NCBI GenBank assembly: GCA_038207085.1
Contig: JBBRAE010000007.1
Span: 32,001 to 96,000, forward strand
Direction of reading: 5' to 3'
DNA length: 64,000 nucleotides
Origin: Armatimonadota bacterium
GTDB lineage: Bacteria; Armatimonadota; UBA5829; DTLH01
Numbering within the stretch: position 1 is the stretch's first letter; each line of letters starts with the position of its first letter. The notes beneath the pieces are model-generated. The model was not told the DNA's origin and ran no database searches. It saw only the letters and a program-made list of their open reading frames with translations. A program made the position numbers and the translations under genes. Shown here in pieces: positions 36,970 through 47,836 of this stretch.

Positions 36970-37877
36970 AGCGGCATCCCGAAGAGCATCACGTCGAGCT
37001 CATCGCCAGCGTCAATCGCCTCCGTCCTCTCAGGAACGACTACCAGACAGTTCGCTTCGACCATATCCTTCATAGATCCACGCCCAAGCGTCCTCACGGC
37101 AAGGTGTCCGGCGACAAACGCTGCGACTCCGGGGAGAAACCCTCTGCGCTCCCACCCCCAGCCAAGGCTCTCCGCGACCACTGCTCGCGCTTTCGTGTGC
37201 GCCCCGTAACGCCGCCCGAGCATCGCGACAAGAGCAGGCCGCACGCAGAGCTCAAAAGCAACCATCGCGCCGACTGGCTCCCCAGAAAGCACGAACACCG
37301 GCTTTCCGCCAAGCAGAGCAAAAGCGGTATCCGTACCGGGATCGATCGGCAACCCATCGAAAACAATCTCAGCCGACTCCCGAATCACTTCGCGCACGCA
37401 GTCGCGCTTGCCGTTTAGTGCACCACCTGCAACGACGATCAGGTCGCTCATCCGCGCGGTGTGAAGCGCCCTTCGGACCGATTCGACACTGTCTCCGGCG
37501 TGTGGAAGCTTGCCAAGATCGCAATCAGACGAAAACACGCGCCCAGCGAGGCTGTAGCGGTTTATATTTCGGAACTTGCCGTCTTCAACGGTTTCCAGGA
37601 CATCGACAAACTCATCGCCCGTCGTGACAATCGACACCCTAGGCCGCCTGTGCACGAGAATCCCCGCGCGACCGATCTCGGCGAGCATCCCCATCTCGGC
37701 TGCGCCAATCACCACACCGCGCTCGATCAAGACACGTCCGTCTTCCGAGACGATTTCCTCGGCCAGAGTCCGTCCGGCGGTGTTTATGACCCCGGCCTTC
37801 TCAGTCTCTACCGTATGAACCGCCGAAACAATCGCCGATGTGGCGTCATCAAGTGAAATCAGGCTCTCTGTAAGCAT
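36966..37877 (-). CDS. MoeA-like protein, internally deleted and degenerate
   Basis: GRTLAEEIVS, RRPRVSIVTTGDE and ANCLVVVP are recognisable; SxMDGYA segment absent. Confidence 0.75.
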   Translation of the reverse strand: MLTESLISLDDATSAIVSAVHTVETEKAGVINTAGRTLAEEIVSEDGRVLIERGVVIGAAEMGMLAEIGRAGILVHRRPRVSIVTTGDEFVDVLETVEDGKFRNINRYSLAGRVFSSDCDLGKLPHAGDSVESVRRALHTARMSDLIVVAGGALNGKRDCVREVIRESAEIVFDGLPIDPGTDTAFALLGGKPVFVLSGEPVGAMVAFELCVRPALVAMLGRRYGAHTKARAVVAESLGWGWERRGFLPGVAAFVAGHLAVRTLGRGSMKDMVEANCLVVVPERTEAIDAGDELDVMLFGMPL

Positions 37878-37958
37878 TCCAGTGTCCCCGCAATTTTGAT
37901 TTTACAAGTATACCACACAACTCCTTTACTGATTATTTTGATTTTTATCCAATAGCAC

Positions 37959-37988
37959 TTGAAAACAGGGCTCCATAATGCGTATAAT
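37959..37988 (+). promoter_or_regulatory. Sigma-70 promoter of groESL
   Basis: TTGAAA-N18-TATAAT. Confidence 0.7.
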
Positions 37989-37996
37989 CATACGGG

Positions 37997-38023
37997 TTAG
38001 CACTCAAACTGTTCGAGTGCTAA
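37997..38023. promoter_or_regulatory. CIRCE element (HrcA operator)
   Basis: Perfect TTAGCACTC-N9-GAGTGCTAA. Confidence 0.97.
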
Positions 38024-38064
38024 CAAACCAGCTCTTACATACTTCACAGGAGGTGTATAGCAAC

Positions 38065-40004
<1,940 letters not shown>

Positions 40005-40026
40005 ACCGTTCGATAAAGAAACCACA

Positions 40027-40052
40027 GGGGCGTCTTCGGACGCCCCTTTTTT
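40027..40052 (+). terminator. Intrinsic terminator of groESL
   Basis: GGGGCGTC-TTCG-GACGCCCC-TTTTTT. Confidence 0.9.
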
Positions 40053-40088
40053 GTTGACCCCAGAGCCAAATACCAGGATAATATTGAA

Positions 40089-41243
40089 GTGAACAACGCC
40101 CGAGCAACCGAACCCTCAAAACTCTGGAATGCCGACTTCGTCCTGCTGTCGGTGTCGGCGCTCTTGTTCTACCTCAGCTTCTACCTGCTGCTTTCCGTAC
40201 TGCCCGGCTATGTGAAGGAAATCGGCGGTGGAGCGCAGTCGGTTGGCTTTGTAATGGGGGCATTCGCGCTTTCCTCGCTTGCCTGCCGCCCTATCATCGG
40301 ACATTTGGTAGACAGAACCAGCAAGCGCCGCCTCGTAATTCTTGGGACAATAATCTTCACCGGCGCTCCCCTGCTCTACTGGTACGCTCACTCGATGCCC
40401 GCGCTTATCGCTGTAAGAATTCTCCACGGCGCAGGGATCGCTCTGTTCACCACCGCAAGCACGACGATGGTAGCCGACCTTACGCCATCTGCACAAAGGG
40501 GTGAGGCGATGGGGATATTCGGCACGACGGCGAACATCGCTCTTGGCGTCGGCCCCTGGCTTGGAACCGCGCTCGTTTCCGGCAGCGGTTTCTTCGGTCT
40601 GTTCATAGCCGCTGCAATCATCGCAGCGGGGTCTGTGGTGACCGCCACACCGGTGAGAGACACCGCAAGGCTGCTTCACGCGCCTCAGCCGATTCGAGGC
40701 CTCAGTTCGCTCTTCAGCACCGAGGTGCTTGTTCCGTCAATCGGCATACTCGCGGTGATGCTAACCTACGCCCCGCTAATCACATTTCTGCCGCTCTACG
40801 CAGGCTACAAGACCGCGAGCCTCTTCTTTCTCATATACGCGATCACAGTAACCCTCGCACGCTCCATTGCCGGGAGGCTCTCGGACACCCATGGGCGGCG
40901 CGCGGTCATCCTGCCGGGGATCATCATAATGGCGGGAAGTATGGCGATCATCGCGCTGGTGCATGGGACAGTGGGGGTCATCATCTGCGCGGTCACTTAC
41001 GCCCTTGGGATGGCGCTCGCCCAGCCCGCCCTCTATGCGATGGCGGTCGACCTCGTCACCCACAGCAGGCGTGGTGTCGCAATGGGGACATTCACCGCAG
41101 GCTTTGAGCTGGGAATCGGAGCCGGGGCGATAGCCGGAGGAGGGCTCGTCACGTCCGTCGGCTATGCCCCGATGTTTCTGATCGCGGGCGGAATCTGCGC
41201 CGCCTCTGCGATTCTGTTCGTGAAGAGGCAACCAGCGGGCTAG
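40089..41243 (+). CDS. MFS transporter
   Basis: About 12 TM helices; GHLVDRTSKR and GRLSDTHGRR motif A. Confidence 0.9.
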   Translation: MNNARATEPSKLWNADFVLLSVSALLFYLSFYLLLSVLPGYVKEIGGGAQSVGFVMGAFALSSLACRPIIGHLVDRTSKRRLVILGTIIFTGAPLLYWYAHSMPALIAVRILHGAGIALFTTASTTMVADLTPSAQRGEAMGIFGTTANIALGVGPWLGTALVSGSGFFGLFIAAAIIAAGSVVTATPVRDTARLLHAPQPIRGLSSLFSTEVLVPSIGILAVMLTYAPLITFLPLYAGYKTASLFFLIYAITVTLARSIAGRLSDTHGRRAVILPGIIIMAGSMAIIALVHGTVGVIICAVTYALGMALAQPALYAMAVDLVTHSRRGVAMGTFTAGFELGIGAGAIAGGGLVTSVGYAPMFLIAGGICAASAILFVKRQPAG

Positions 41244-41479
41244 CCAAAGTGCCCGGAGTTAACCTCAATATAGGTCTTCCAGCGATCAGGCACTTTCTGT
41301 GCGGGAAAGATCGCGCTCACCGGGCAGACCGGTTCGCACGCGCCGCAGTCGATGCACTCATCGGGATTAATAAAGTACTGGTCCGAACCCTCGTCGGTAT
41401 ATATGCAATCGACGGGGCAGATGCGCGAGCACGCCCCCTCGTTGCTCAGCTTACAAGGCTCACAGATGACATAAGTCAT
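41240..41479 (-). CDS. Ferredoxin (7Fe/8Fe type)
   Basis: MTYVICEPC, CPVDCI, CIDCGACEPVCP. Confidence 0.92.
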   Translation of the reverse strand: MTYVICEPCKLSNEGACSRICPVDCIYTDEGSDQYFINPDECIDCGACEPVCPVSAIFPAQKVPDRWKTYIEVNSGHFG

Positions 41480-41503
41480 TCGCCGACAGTTCCTCCAATT
41501 CGT

Positions 41504-41609
41504 ATCAACGGCGCTATCCGCGCCGTCTCTTAAAGGCTGGCGTTATGCGCCACCGGATCAACGGCGCTATCCGCGCCGTCTCTTAAAGGCTGGCGTTATG
41601 CGCCACCGG
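41504..41609. repeat. Perfect 53-bp tandem duplication, each unit with two GGCG-type hairpins
   Basis: ATCAACGGCGCTATCCGCGCCGTCTCTTAAAGGCTGGCGTTATGCGCCACCGG x2 (41504-41556, 41557-41609). Confidence 0.92.
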
Positions 41610-41789
41610 GTTCTGCAATCTCTTCGTGTACCCAATACGGATGAGCGACAAAACATGATTCCCTAGTGGGTCACTTGGCATGAAATCAGCCATTGTTGGG
41701 TTGTTGGGTGGCGATTTCCGAATCGTCACCCCCCAAGCTAAGACGGGATTTCCGAATCCCGAATGGCGTAATGCATGGCAATTGACCCA

Positions 41790-42950
41790 CTAGTACTGAA
41801 CATCCACCCAGGTCTTCTTATCAGAGGACTCAAGCACGGCCTCGACCAGGGCGATCTCCGCGTGGCCGTCGGCAAACGTTGGGAAGTCGGGCTTCTCACT
41901 TCGGAAGTCTTTACCGCTCAGGACGAACCCGTAGAAGCTCGCCATAAAGTTCTTCAGGCCATCGGGATATCCCTCGGGGTGACCGCCGGGATAAGTCGTA
42001 TTGGCGCGCGCTGCGCTTGAGAGGATGGATGGGTCGCGCATCAACATCTGATTTGCGCCGTCGCGCCGCCCGATCCACAACCGCTCCACATCCTCCTGAT
42101 CGAACGCATACGCCTCGGTCTCGCAGTCGATCTCATAGTAGAGCCTGTTCTTGCGCCCGGGGGAGACCTGGCAGACGGTAAACGTCCCGCGCGCGCCGCC
42201 GTCCATTTCAAAGAGCACCGTGCCATAGTCTTCGGTCGAGATCGACACCGGCTCGTAGTCCTCGGGGCTGAGCTCTTTGCCCGCGTAGGTCTCTATCGCC
42301 TTCTTAGGCTTCATCCGTGCCTTGTGTATCACCGCAAGGTCTGCGAAGACCCGCGTGAACTTCTGCCCTGTGAGAAACGCGATAAGATCGCACCAGTGGC
42401 TGCCAATATCGGCAACAGCGCGCGACTTTCCGCCAAACTCAGGCTCTATCCGCCAGTTGTAGTCGGTCGCAAGGAGCAGCCAGTCCTGAAGGTAGCTTCC
42501 TGTGATAACCTTGGGGCTCCCCGCTTCACCCGATGCGATCCTTGCCCGCACCTCCTGGTTTAGCGCATAGAACCTGTAGTTGAAGTTAACTGCGTTTGCC
42601 ACTCCCGCCTCCGCGGCAAGACGAACGAGTTCTGCAGACTCATCCGAATTCATTGCAAGCGGCTTTTCACAGATCACTGCCTTGCCCGCCGAGATCGCCT
42701 CTTTTGCGAACTCGTAGTGCGTGGTGTTTGGAGTGCAGATGTGAACAACCTTGATATCAGGGTCAGCAAGAAGCTCACGATAGTCCCCGTAGGCCTTCGG
42801 GATCGAAAGCGCCGCCGCTTTTGCCTCGGCAAGCTCTTGGTTCGCCTCCGCAACCGCCGCTATTTCCACATAGCCCAGCCTGCGAACAGCATCGATATGC
42901 GCCGGGCCTATAAACCCGGTTCCGATGATACCGGACTTGATTTTTACCAT
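41790..42950 (-). CDS. Gfo/Idh/MocA family oxidoreductase
   Basis: GIIGTGFIG, ICEKPLA, DIGSHW; ATG at 42950 with GGAGG. Confidence 0.92.
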   Translation of the reverse strand: MVKIKSGIIGTGFIGPAHIDAVRRLGYVEIAAVAEANQELAEAKAAALSIPKAYGDYRELLADPDIKVVHICTPNTTHYEFAKEAISAGKAVICEKPLAMNSDESAELVRLAAEAGVANAVNFNYRFYALNQEVRARIASGEAGSPKVITGSYLQDWLLLATDYNWRIEPEFGGKSRAVADIGSHWCDLIAFLTGQKFTRVFADLAVIHKARMKPKKAIETYAGKELSPEDYEPVSISTEDYGTVLFEMDGGARGTFTVCQVSPGRKNRLYYEIDCETEAYAFDQEDVERLWIGRRDGANQMLMRDPSILSSAARANTTYPGGHPEGYPDGLKNFMASFYGFVLSGKDFRSEKPDFPTFADGHAEIALVEAVLESSDKKTWVDVQY

Positions 42951-43153
42951 AATGTCCTCCCAGTATTGTTTTAAACCAAGGTATACGTTCGCCGTTTGCT
43001 CCCTATCAACCTCCAACTCCCGGTAATGTTACTAGAATTTCAGTTTGCCGACCCACTTTTGCGGATATATTGTCAATTGCCGCAGGAATTATCACGGTGA
43101 GTAGCGAAATAGAACATGAAGTCCGTTAACCGCTTAAAGGGGCAGGCAGAATT

Positions 43154-44401
43154 ATGCGCAGCGCTACAAAATATAATCCACGAATTCTTACGCCTTATAG
43201 CCCGGATGATCTTGCAGCTGAAATTGAGCTGGTGGGGGCTCACGAAGCCGGCATCCACAGAATGCTTCCAAAGAGCCAGCACTACGTCATGAAACTCCAC
43301 GCGGTAACTTCTGCAGTTGCACACGTGCTCAAGGAATCGTTCCTTGCATCCGGAGGTGACGCAGCCATCAGCCGCAAGATGATGACGGACCGCACCGAGG
43401 AAACTACCGACGCCATTTTGATCGGCAGCCGAAAGCATTTCAGCAACGCAGCAAGAGCGATCAGCCACGAAGAGATCGGTGGCCCCGAGCTTGCGTCCGA
43501 GATCGAAGGCGCAATCGCGGTCTACGAGTCCGGCCCACTCGTCCCTCCGCCGGACGTTCCCATGGACCCTGATGTCCGCTGGATGCTCGACAGCCTTCTT
43601 GAGCGCACGCTGATTATGGGGATACTGAACATCACCCCTGACTCCTTCTCAGACGGTGGCAAGTTTCTGAAACCCCAGATTGCAGTCAGACAGGCAATGC
43701 AGATGATCGAAGACGGCGCGGACATCATCGATATCGGTGGCGAGTCCACCCGCCCGGGAAGTGAGCCGGTCTCAGCCAAAGAAGAGATGCGACGCATCAT
43801 CCCGGTGATCAAAGAACTCTCAGATAACATCGACCGCCCGATCTCAGTCGACACCTACAAAGCCGAAACCGCACTTGCCGCAATTGAAGCAGGCGCCGCC
43901 ATCATCAATGACATCAGCGGAATGTCGTTTGACCCGGACATGCGCCACGTTGCAGCCGAGAAGAAGTGCCCTATTATCCTAACCCACATCAAGGGTGAAC
44001 CCCGCAACATGCAGCAGAACCCCACCTATACAGACGTAATGGGCGATATTCACGCCTACTTGCGTGAACGGATCGCTGATGCAGTGGAGGCCGGAGTCGA
44101 TCAACACATGATAATCGTCGACCCAGGAATCGGGTTCGGTAAGACGGTCGAACACAACCTCACCATTCTGCGCAGGCTAAGGGAGCTTCAAGGTATTGGG
44201 CGTCCTGTGCTTGTGGGGGTTTCGCGTAAGGCTACGATCGGTCACCTGCTTGACGGAGCGCCTCCTGAGGAGCGAATCGAAGGCACGGCAGCCGCCGTCA
44301 CTCTTTCCATCGCCGGCGGCGCGCACATCGTCCGAGTGCACGACGTAAAAGAGATGGCCCGGGTGGCGAAAGTAACCGACGCGATAGTCCGCCACGGCTG
44401 A
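43154..44401 (+). CDS. folP: Dihydropteroate synthase, long form
   Basis: MGILNITPDSFSDGG, IGGESTRPG, DPGIGFGK, SRK, RVHDV. Confidence 0.95.
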   Translation: MRSATKYNPRILTPYSPDDLAAEIELVGAHEAGIHRMLPKSQHYVMKLHAVTSAVAHVLKESFLASGGDAAISRKMMTDRTEETTDAILIGSRKHFSNAARAISHEEIGGPELASEIEGAIAVYESGPLVPPPDVPMDPDVRWMLDSLLERTLIMGILNITPDSFSDGGKFLKPQIAVRQAMQMIEDGADIIDIGGESTRPGSEPVSAKEEMRRIIPVIKELSDNIDRPISVDTYKAETALAAIEAGAAIINDISGMSFDPDMRHVAAEKKCPIILTHIKGEPRNMQQNPTYTDVMGDIHAYLRERIADAVEAGVDQHMIIVDPGIGFGKTVEHNLTILRRLRELQGIGRPVLVGVSRKATIGHLLDGAPPEERIEGTAAAVTLSIAGGAHIVRVHDVKEMARVAKVTDAIVRHG

Positions 44402-44452
44402 TCGTGCGAAACTCGACCGCAGTTCCAAACGTGTCCAGAGCCGCCAAGTAGC

Positions 44453-45535
44453 CTACACCCGGTCGGAGTGGCAGCGCCCGCAGTAGTCCTTTTTATCGTG
44501 ACACTTGAAACACGCAGAACCCGCGTCAAAGCTTGCGCCCTTGCCTTTGTGGCCCATCATCCAACCATCGGGATGCGGCAGGTCGACCCCGTGGCAGGCG
44601 ACGCAACTCGCGCGCGAATGGCACATATTGCAGCTTGCTCTGTCGACCACCGCGGCGCTTCCGTGCTCGGCCCCCCACGTCTTGCCGTGCGACGCGGGTT
44701 TGCCGGTACCCCTGCTGTGACACTTGCTGCAGGATCTCTTGTCGTGGCAGGAGTAGCATCCGGCGTTCGGTTTCGCGCCGTGGGTTCTCATCCAATTTGC
44801 GCCGTGGTTTGTCGGTCTCATATTCTTGTGGCAGTTTAGACAGAAGAGCCTGGTATGGCACTCTCTACAGCTCTTCTCGCTCGTCCTCGCCTGCGCGCCG
44901 TGATTCACGACCCATTTACTCTTGTGCGACGTGGGCCTTGTCCCTCTGTGGCATGAGGCGCAGTAGTTAGGCGTGTGGCACCTCACACAAACTCCCCGGT
45001 TCTTCTTAGCGACCGATGGATGTCTGCTCGGCCACGACTTGGGGTGCGGCATAACCACTCCGTGGCAGGTCTGACACGTTCTGTCCGAGTGACACGCCCC
45101 GCAGGCGTTTTTCGGGTTCGAAGCCGATGGCCCATGACTCGTCTTCCACTTGCCTTTGTGACTCTGTGGAACAACTGTGCGGTGGCAGCTCATACAGAAG
45201 GGTTGTGCGTGACATGTCCGGCATGCCCGGGCCGCCGCAATCGCCGATCCCTTGTGGTTTCGTCCCCAGGCGGGAGATTTGTGCGACTCCGGCACCCGGT
45301 TCTGATGGCACCCGATGCAGAACTCTTCGGTGTGACACGTCCGGCACTTCTGGAGGTTCGAGATCGCTTCTTTCTGATGAACTTTGATAAAGTTCTGTGG
45401 GTGCATCTTATACAGAGCTTGACTGCTTGAGGGCTTCGCGGCAGGAGGACGACTCTTAGAAGAACTCGGCACACTCCAGGCTGTGACCGCCACCGCCAGC
45501 GCAATCACCACCGCCAGCCAGACGCGATGGGCCAT
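44453..45535 (-). CDS. Secreted 16-heme c-type cytochrome built from 8 tandem di-heme repeats
   Basis: 16 CxxCH motifs counted; signal-like N-terminus MAHRVWLAVVIALAVAVTA (alternative start 45601). Confidence 0.88.
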   Translation of the reverse strand: MAHRVWLAVVIALAVAVTAWSVPSSSKSRPPAAKPSSSQALYKMHPQNFIKVHQKEAISNLQKCRTCHTEEFCIGCHQNRVPESHKSPAWGRNHKGSAIAAARACRTCHAQPFCMSCHRTVVPQSHKGKWKTSHGPSASNPKNACGACHSDRTCQTCHGVVMPHPKSWPSRHPSVAKKNRGVCVRCHTPNYCASCHRGTRPTSHKSKWVVNHGAQARTSEKSCRECHTRLFCLNCHKNMRPTNHGANWMRTHGAKPNAGCYSCHDKRSCSKCHSRGTGKPASHGKTWGAEHGSAAVVDRASCNMCHSRASCVACHGVDLPHPDGWMMGHKGKGASFDAGSACFKCHDKKDYCGRCHSDRV

Positions 45536-45644
45536 ATTTGCACTGTGAATTCCAGCACGGAGCGCGCCTATGATTTTGCGCCGAGTATGGCTTGGGTTCA
45601 AACGTCTTTCCTATTCTGCGGCTATGATGTGGCAGTTCTCAAAG

Positions 45645-46379
45645 TCAGGACTTACTTGCCGGGGTCGTATCCTCAACCTGTTTCTGGGACTCGGCTTGGA
45701 TAAGCCGCTCATACTCAAGCGGGTGATGGGCCTTCAATTCTTCTTCGGATATCTGTCCGTCTATCCAGACGCGGCTCATCGGGAAGCACTGCGGGTTCAG
45801 GTGAACGTGATAGCAGTGCCAGATGATGATCGCAAGAAACGCGAGGAGCGCTTCGTAACTGTGGACGACCTGCGCGACGTCGAGCACCCACTTTGGCAGC
45901 ACAATCATCGCCTGGCCCTCAAACCACAGCACAAACCCGGTCACGATCATCACAATCGAGCCCCACCCCATCGCCAGATACTCGAACTTCTCGATCCAGG
46001 TGTATCTGTCATACTTCGGCCCGGTGCGAGACAGCCCGAGGAAGAGCTTCATTTGACCGATCAGGTCGAACGCATCCTTGGGCTTCGGTACCATTGCCAA
46101 AAGCTCCTGACGCCCGCGCTTGGTGATAATCGACCAGCCGGCGTGGTAGATGCAGACGCCGATCAGCATCATCGCCGCGATCCTGTGGATCAGCCCGCGC
46201 ACGGCCATCCCGCCCATCGATTTGACGATCAACTCCGACGCCGCCGCGTCGTGGTATCTAAGCGGAAGTCCAGTGACGACAAGCACGGTAAAGCTCGTCA
46301 TCAGAACGATATGCTGCATCCGTTGGGAGCGCGTCAGTCTCTCAAAATAGCGCTGACCAGTCTTCTTTTGGCTGCCCAT
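45645..46379 (-). CDS. Di-heme cytochrome b (FdnI/HydC-like) membrane subunit
   Basis: RLTRSQRMQH, LIHRIAA, EKFEYLA, VHSYEALLA, WHCYHVH; SD AGGAG. Confidence 0.88.
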   Translation of the reverse strand: MGSQKKTGQRYFERLTRSQRMQHIVLMTSFTVLVVTGLPLRYHDAAASELIVKSMGGMAVRGLIHRIAAMMLIGVCIYHAGWSIITKRGRQELLAMVPKPKDAFDLIGQMKLFLGLSRTGPKYDRYTWIEKFEYLAMGWGSIVMIVTGFVLWFEGQAMIVLPKWVLDVAQVVHSYEALLAFLAIIIWHCYHVHLNPQCFPMSRVWIDGQISEEELKAHHPLEYERLIQAESQKQVEDTTPASKS

Positions 46380-46390
46380 GTGATATTCTC

Positions 46391-47653
46391 CTAGCCGTGC
46401 CCGCCGCGGTGTCGATACCTGTGGAGCAGGTCGAGCCCGATGTAACCGACGAAGCTCGCGATCATCCCGAACACAAAGAACCCGTATATCATCTTGACGA
46501 AATATATGAGCCTGTCGGTCTTCGTAGTTGGGACTACGTGGATATCGCCGCGCGCGAAGTTCAAGCCCGCTCCCGGGTGGCACTTGCCGCAGGTCTTCGG
46601 GAGGTTCTTCTTGTTCACGGCTGAGTGCGGGTTAGTCGAAGGCAAAATGTCGTGTGCCCCGTGGCATGTCGCGCAGTTTGCTACAGTCGTCTCGCCGTAT
46701 TTGTTCGCAACCCCATGAAACGTGCCAACATACGATGTAAGCCTATCCGCCGCCAGCCCATATTTCTTCTGCAGTTGAACGTCCTCGTGGCACTTGGAGC
46801 ATGTGCGAACGACGTGTGTAGAGCAAACGCTCGAATCGCGGGATCCGACCCTCTGTATCGAGTGCTCACCGTGGCAGTCCGTGCACACCGGCGCGTCTTT
46901 CACGCCCTTCCCCAGCGCCGTCCCGTGAACGCTCGAACTATACTGTTCCAGCTCCTTCGGGTGGCACATCCCGCACGTGTCGGGGACATTCCTGCGATTG
47001 GTCGAGGCCGCCAAGTCTTTCGCATCTCTTATATCGTGAGACCCGTGGCAATCTGTGCAGACTGCGGCCGAAAGCATCCCTTTTTCCTTCACAAGCCTGC
47101 CGTGGACACTGTGTTCGTAAAGATCTACCACTTGGCTCGATGACATATTGTGACTTTTGGCGATCCGGGAGTCACTGTGGCACTTGCCGCATGTCGCCAA
47201 CAGGTTCGCCCTGTTGGTTTGGGACGACGGGTCGCTCGACGCGCGCACATTGTGGTAGCCGTGGCAGTCCTTGCACGCCGGGGCGGCGGCGTCACCCTTG
47301 GCCGCAGCCTTGCCGTGAATGCTCGCGCCGTAGGCTGTCGCACCGTCGCTGTGGCATCGACCACACTGCACAGGCTCGACATCTGTCTTGTGGGGATAGG
47401 GCTGGTTGGTAAGATCCGTGTGGCAGTCAAGGCAGGAAAGCCCCGAGTGGACCGAAGCGTTATAGTGTGATGCGTCGACGGTAAGCGACAGCTCTTTTCC
47501 GTCCGGCCCCGTAGTCAAAAACCCTTTTGCGCTGTGGCACGTGAGGCATTCGGCAGTCGAGCTACCGTAGGCGCATGCACTGCCGATCAGCAGACAAAAA
47601 AGACAGTATACGACCATCCAAATCTTAACTTCGTGAAACATAGCGCGATCCAA
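46391..47653 (-). CDS. 11-heme c-type cytochrome with C-terminal TM helix
   Basis: 11 CxxCH motifs; HxxSVHG spacer motif; signal peptide; start uncertain. Confidence 0.9.
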   Translation of the reverse strand: MDRAMFHEVKIWMVVYCLFCLLIGSACAYGSSTAECLTCHSAKGFLTTGPDGKELSLTVDASHYNASVHSGLSCLDCHTDLTNQPYPHKTDVEPVQCGRCHSDGATAYGASIHGKAAAKGDAAAPACKDCHGYHNVRASSDPSSQTNRANLLATCGKCHSDSRIAKSHNMSSSQVVDLYEHSVHGRLVKEKGMLSAAVCTDCHGSHDIRDAKDLAASTNRRNVPDTCGMCHPKELEQYSSSVHGTALGKGVKDAPVCTDCHGEHSIQRVGSRDSSVCSTHVVRTCSKCHEDVQLQKKYGLAADRLTSYVGTFHGVANKYGETTVANCATCHGAHDILPSTNPHSAVNKKNLPKTCGKCHPGAGLNFARGDIHVVPTTKTDRLIYFVKMIYGFFVFGMIASFVGYIGLDLLHRYRHRGGHG

Positions 47654-47836
47654 TGTCCAAGTTTGCCCGCTTTTTCGTTACAAAGCACTACGGGACACGT
47701 CAGAACCCGGTGTAATTACAAGCTCTTCTACAGTCACTATAACGCGCCATTACCACACATGTCAAGAGTTATTAAGCTTCCGAGCAGGTGTAAGGTCGCG
47801 TTTGCGCACGCGTGGCTTTTCCGCTAACATGTAGCT

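Noticed and set aside
41504..41609. CRISPR array
   Set aside because: Units are fully identical, with no unique spacers
43154..43600. N-terminal extension of FolP as a novel fusion
   Set aside because: Long-form DHPS with this extension is common in anaerobic bacteria
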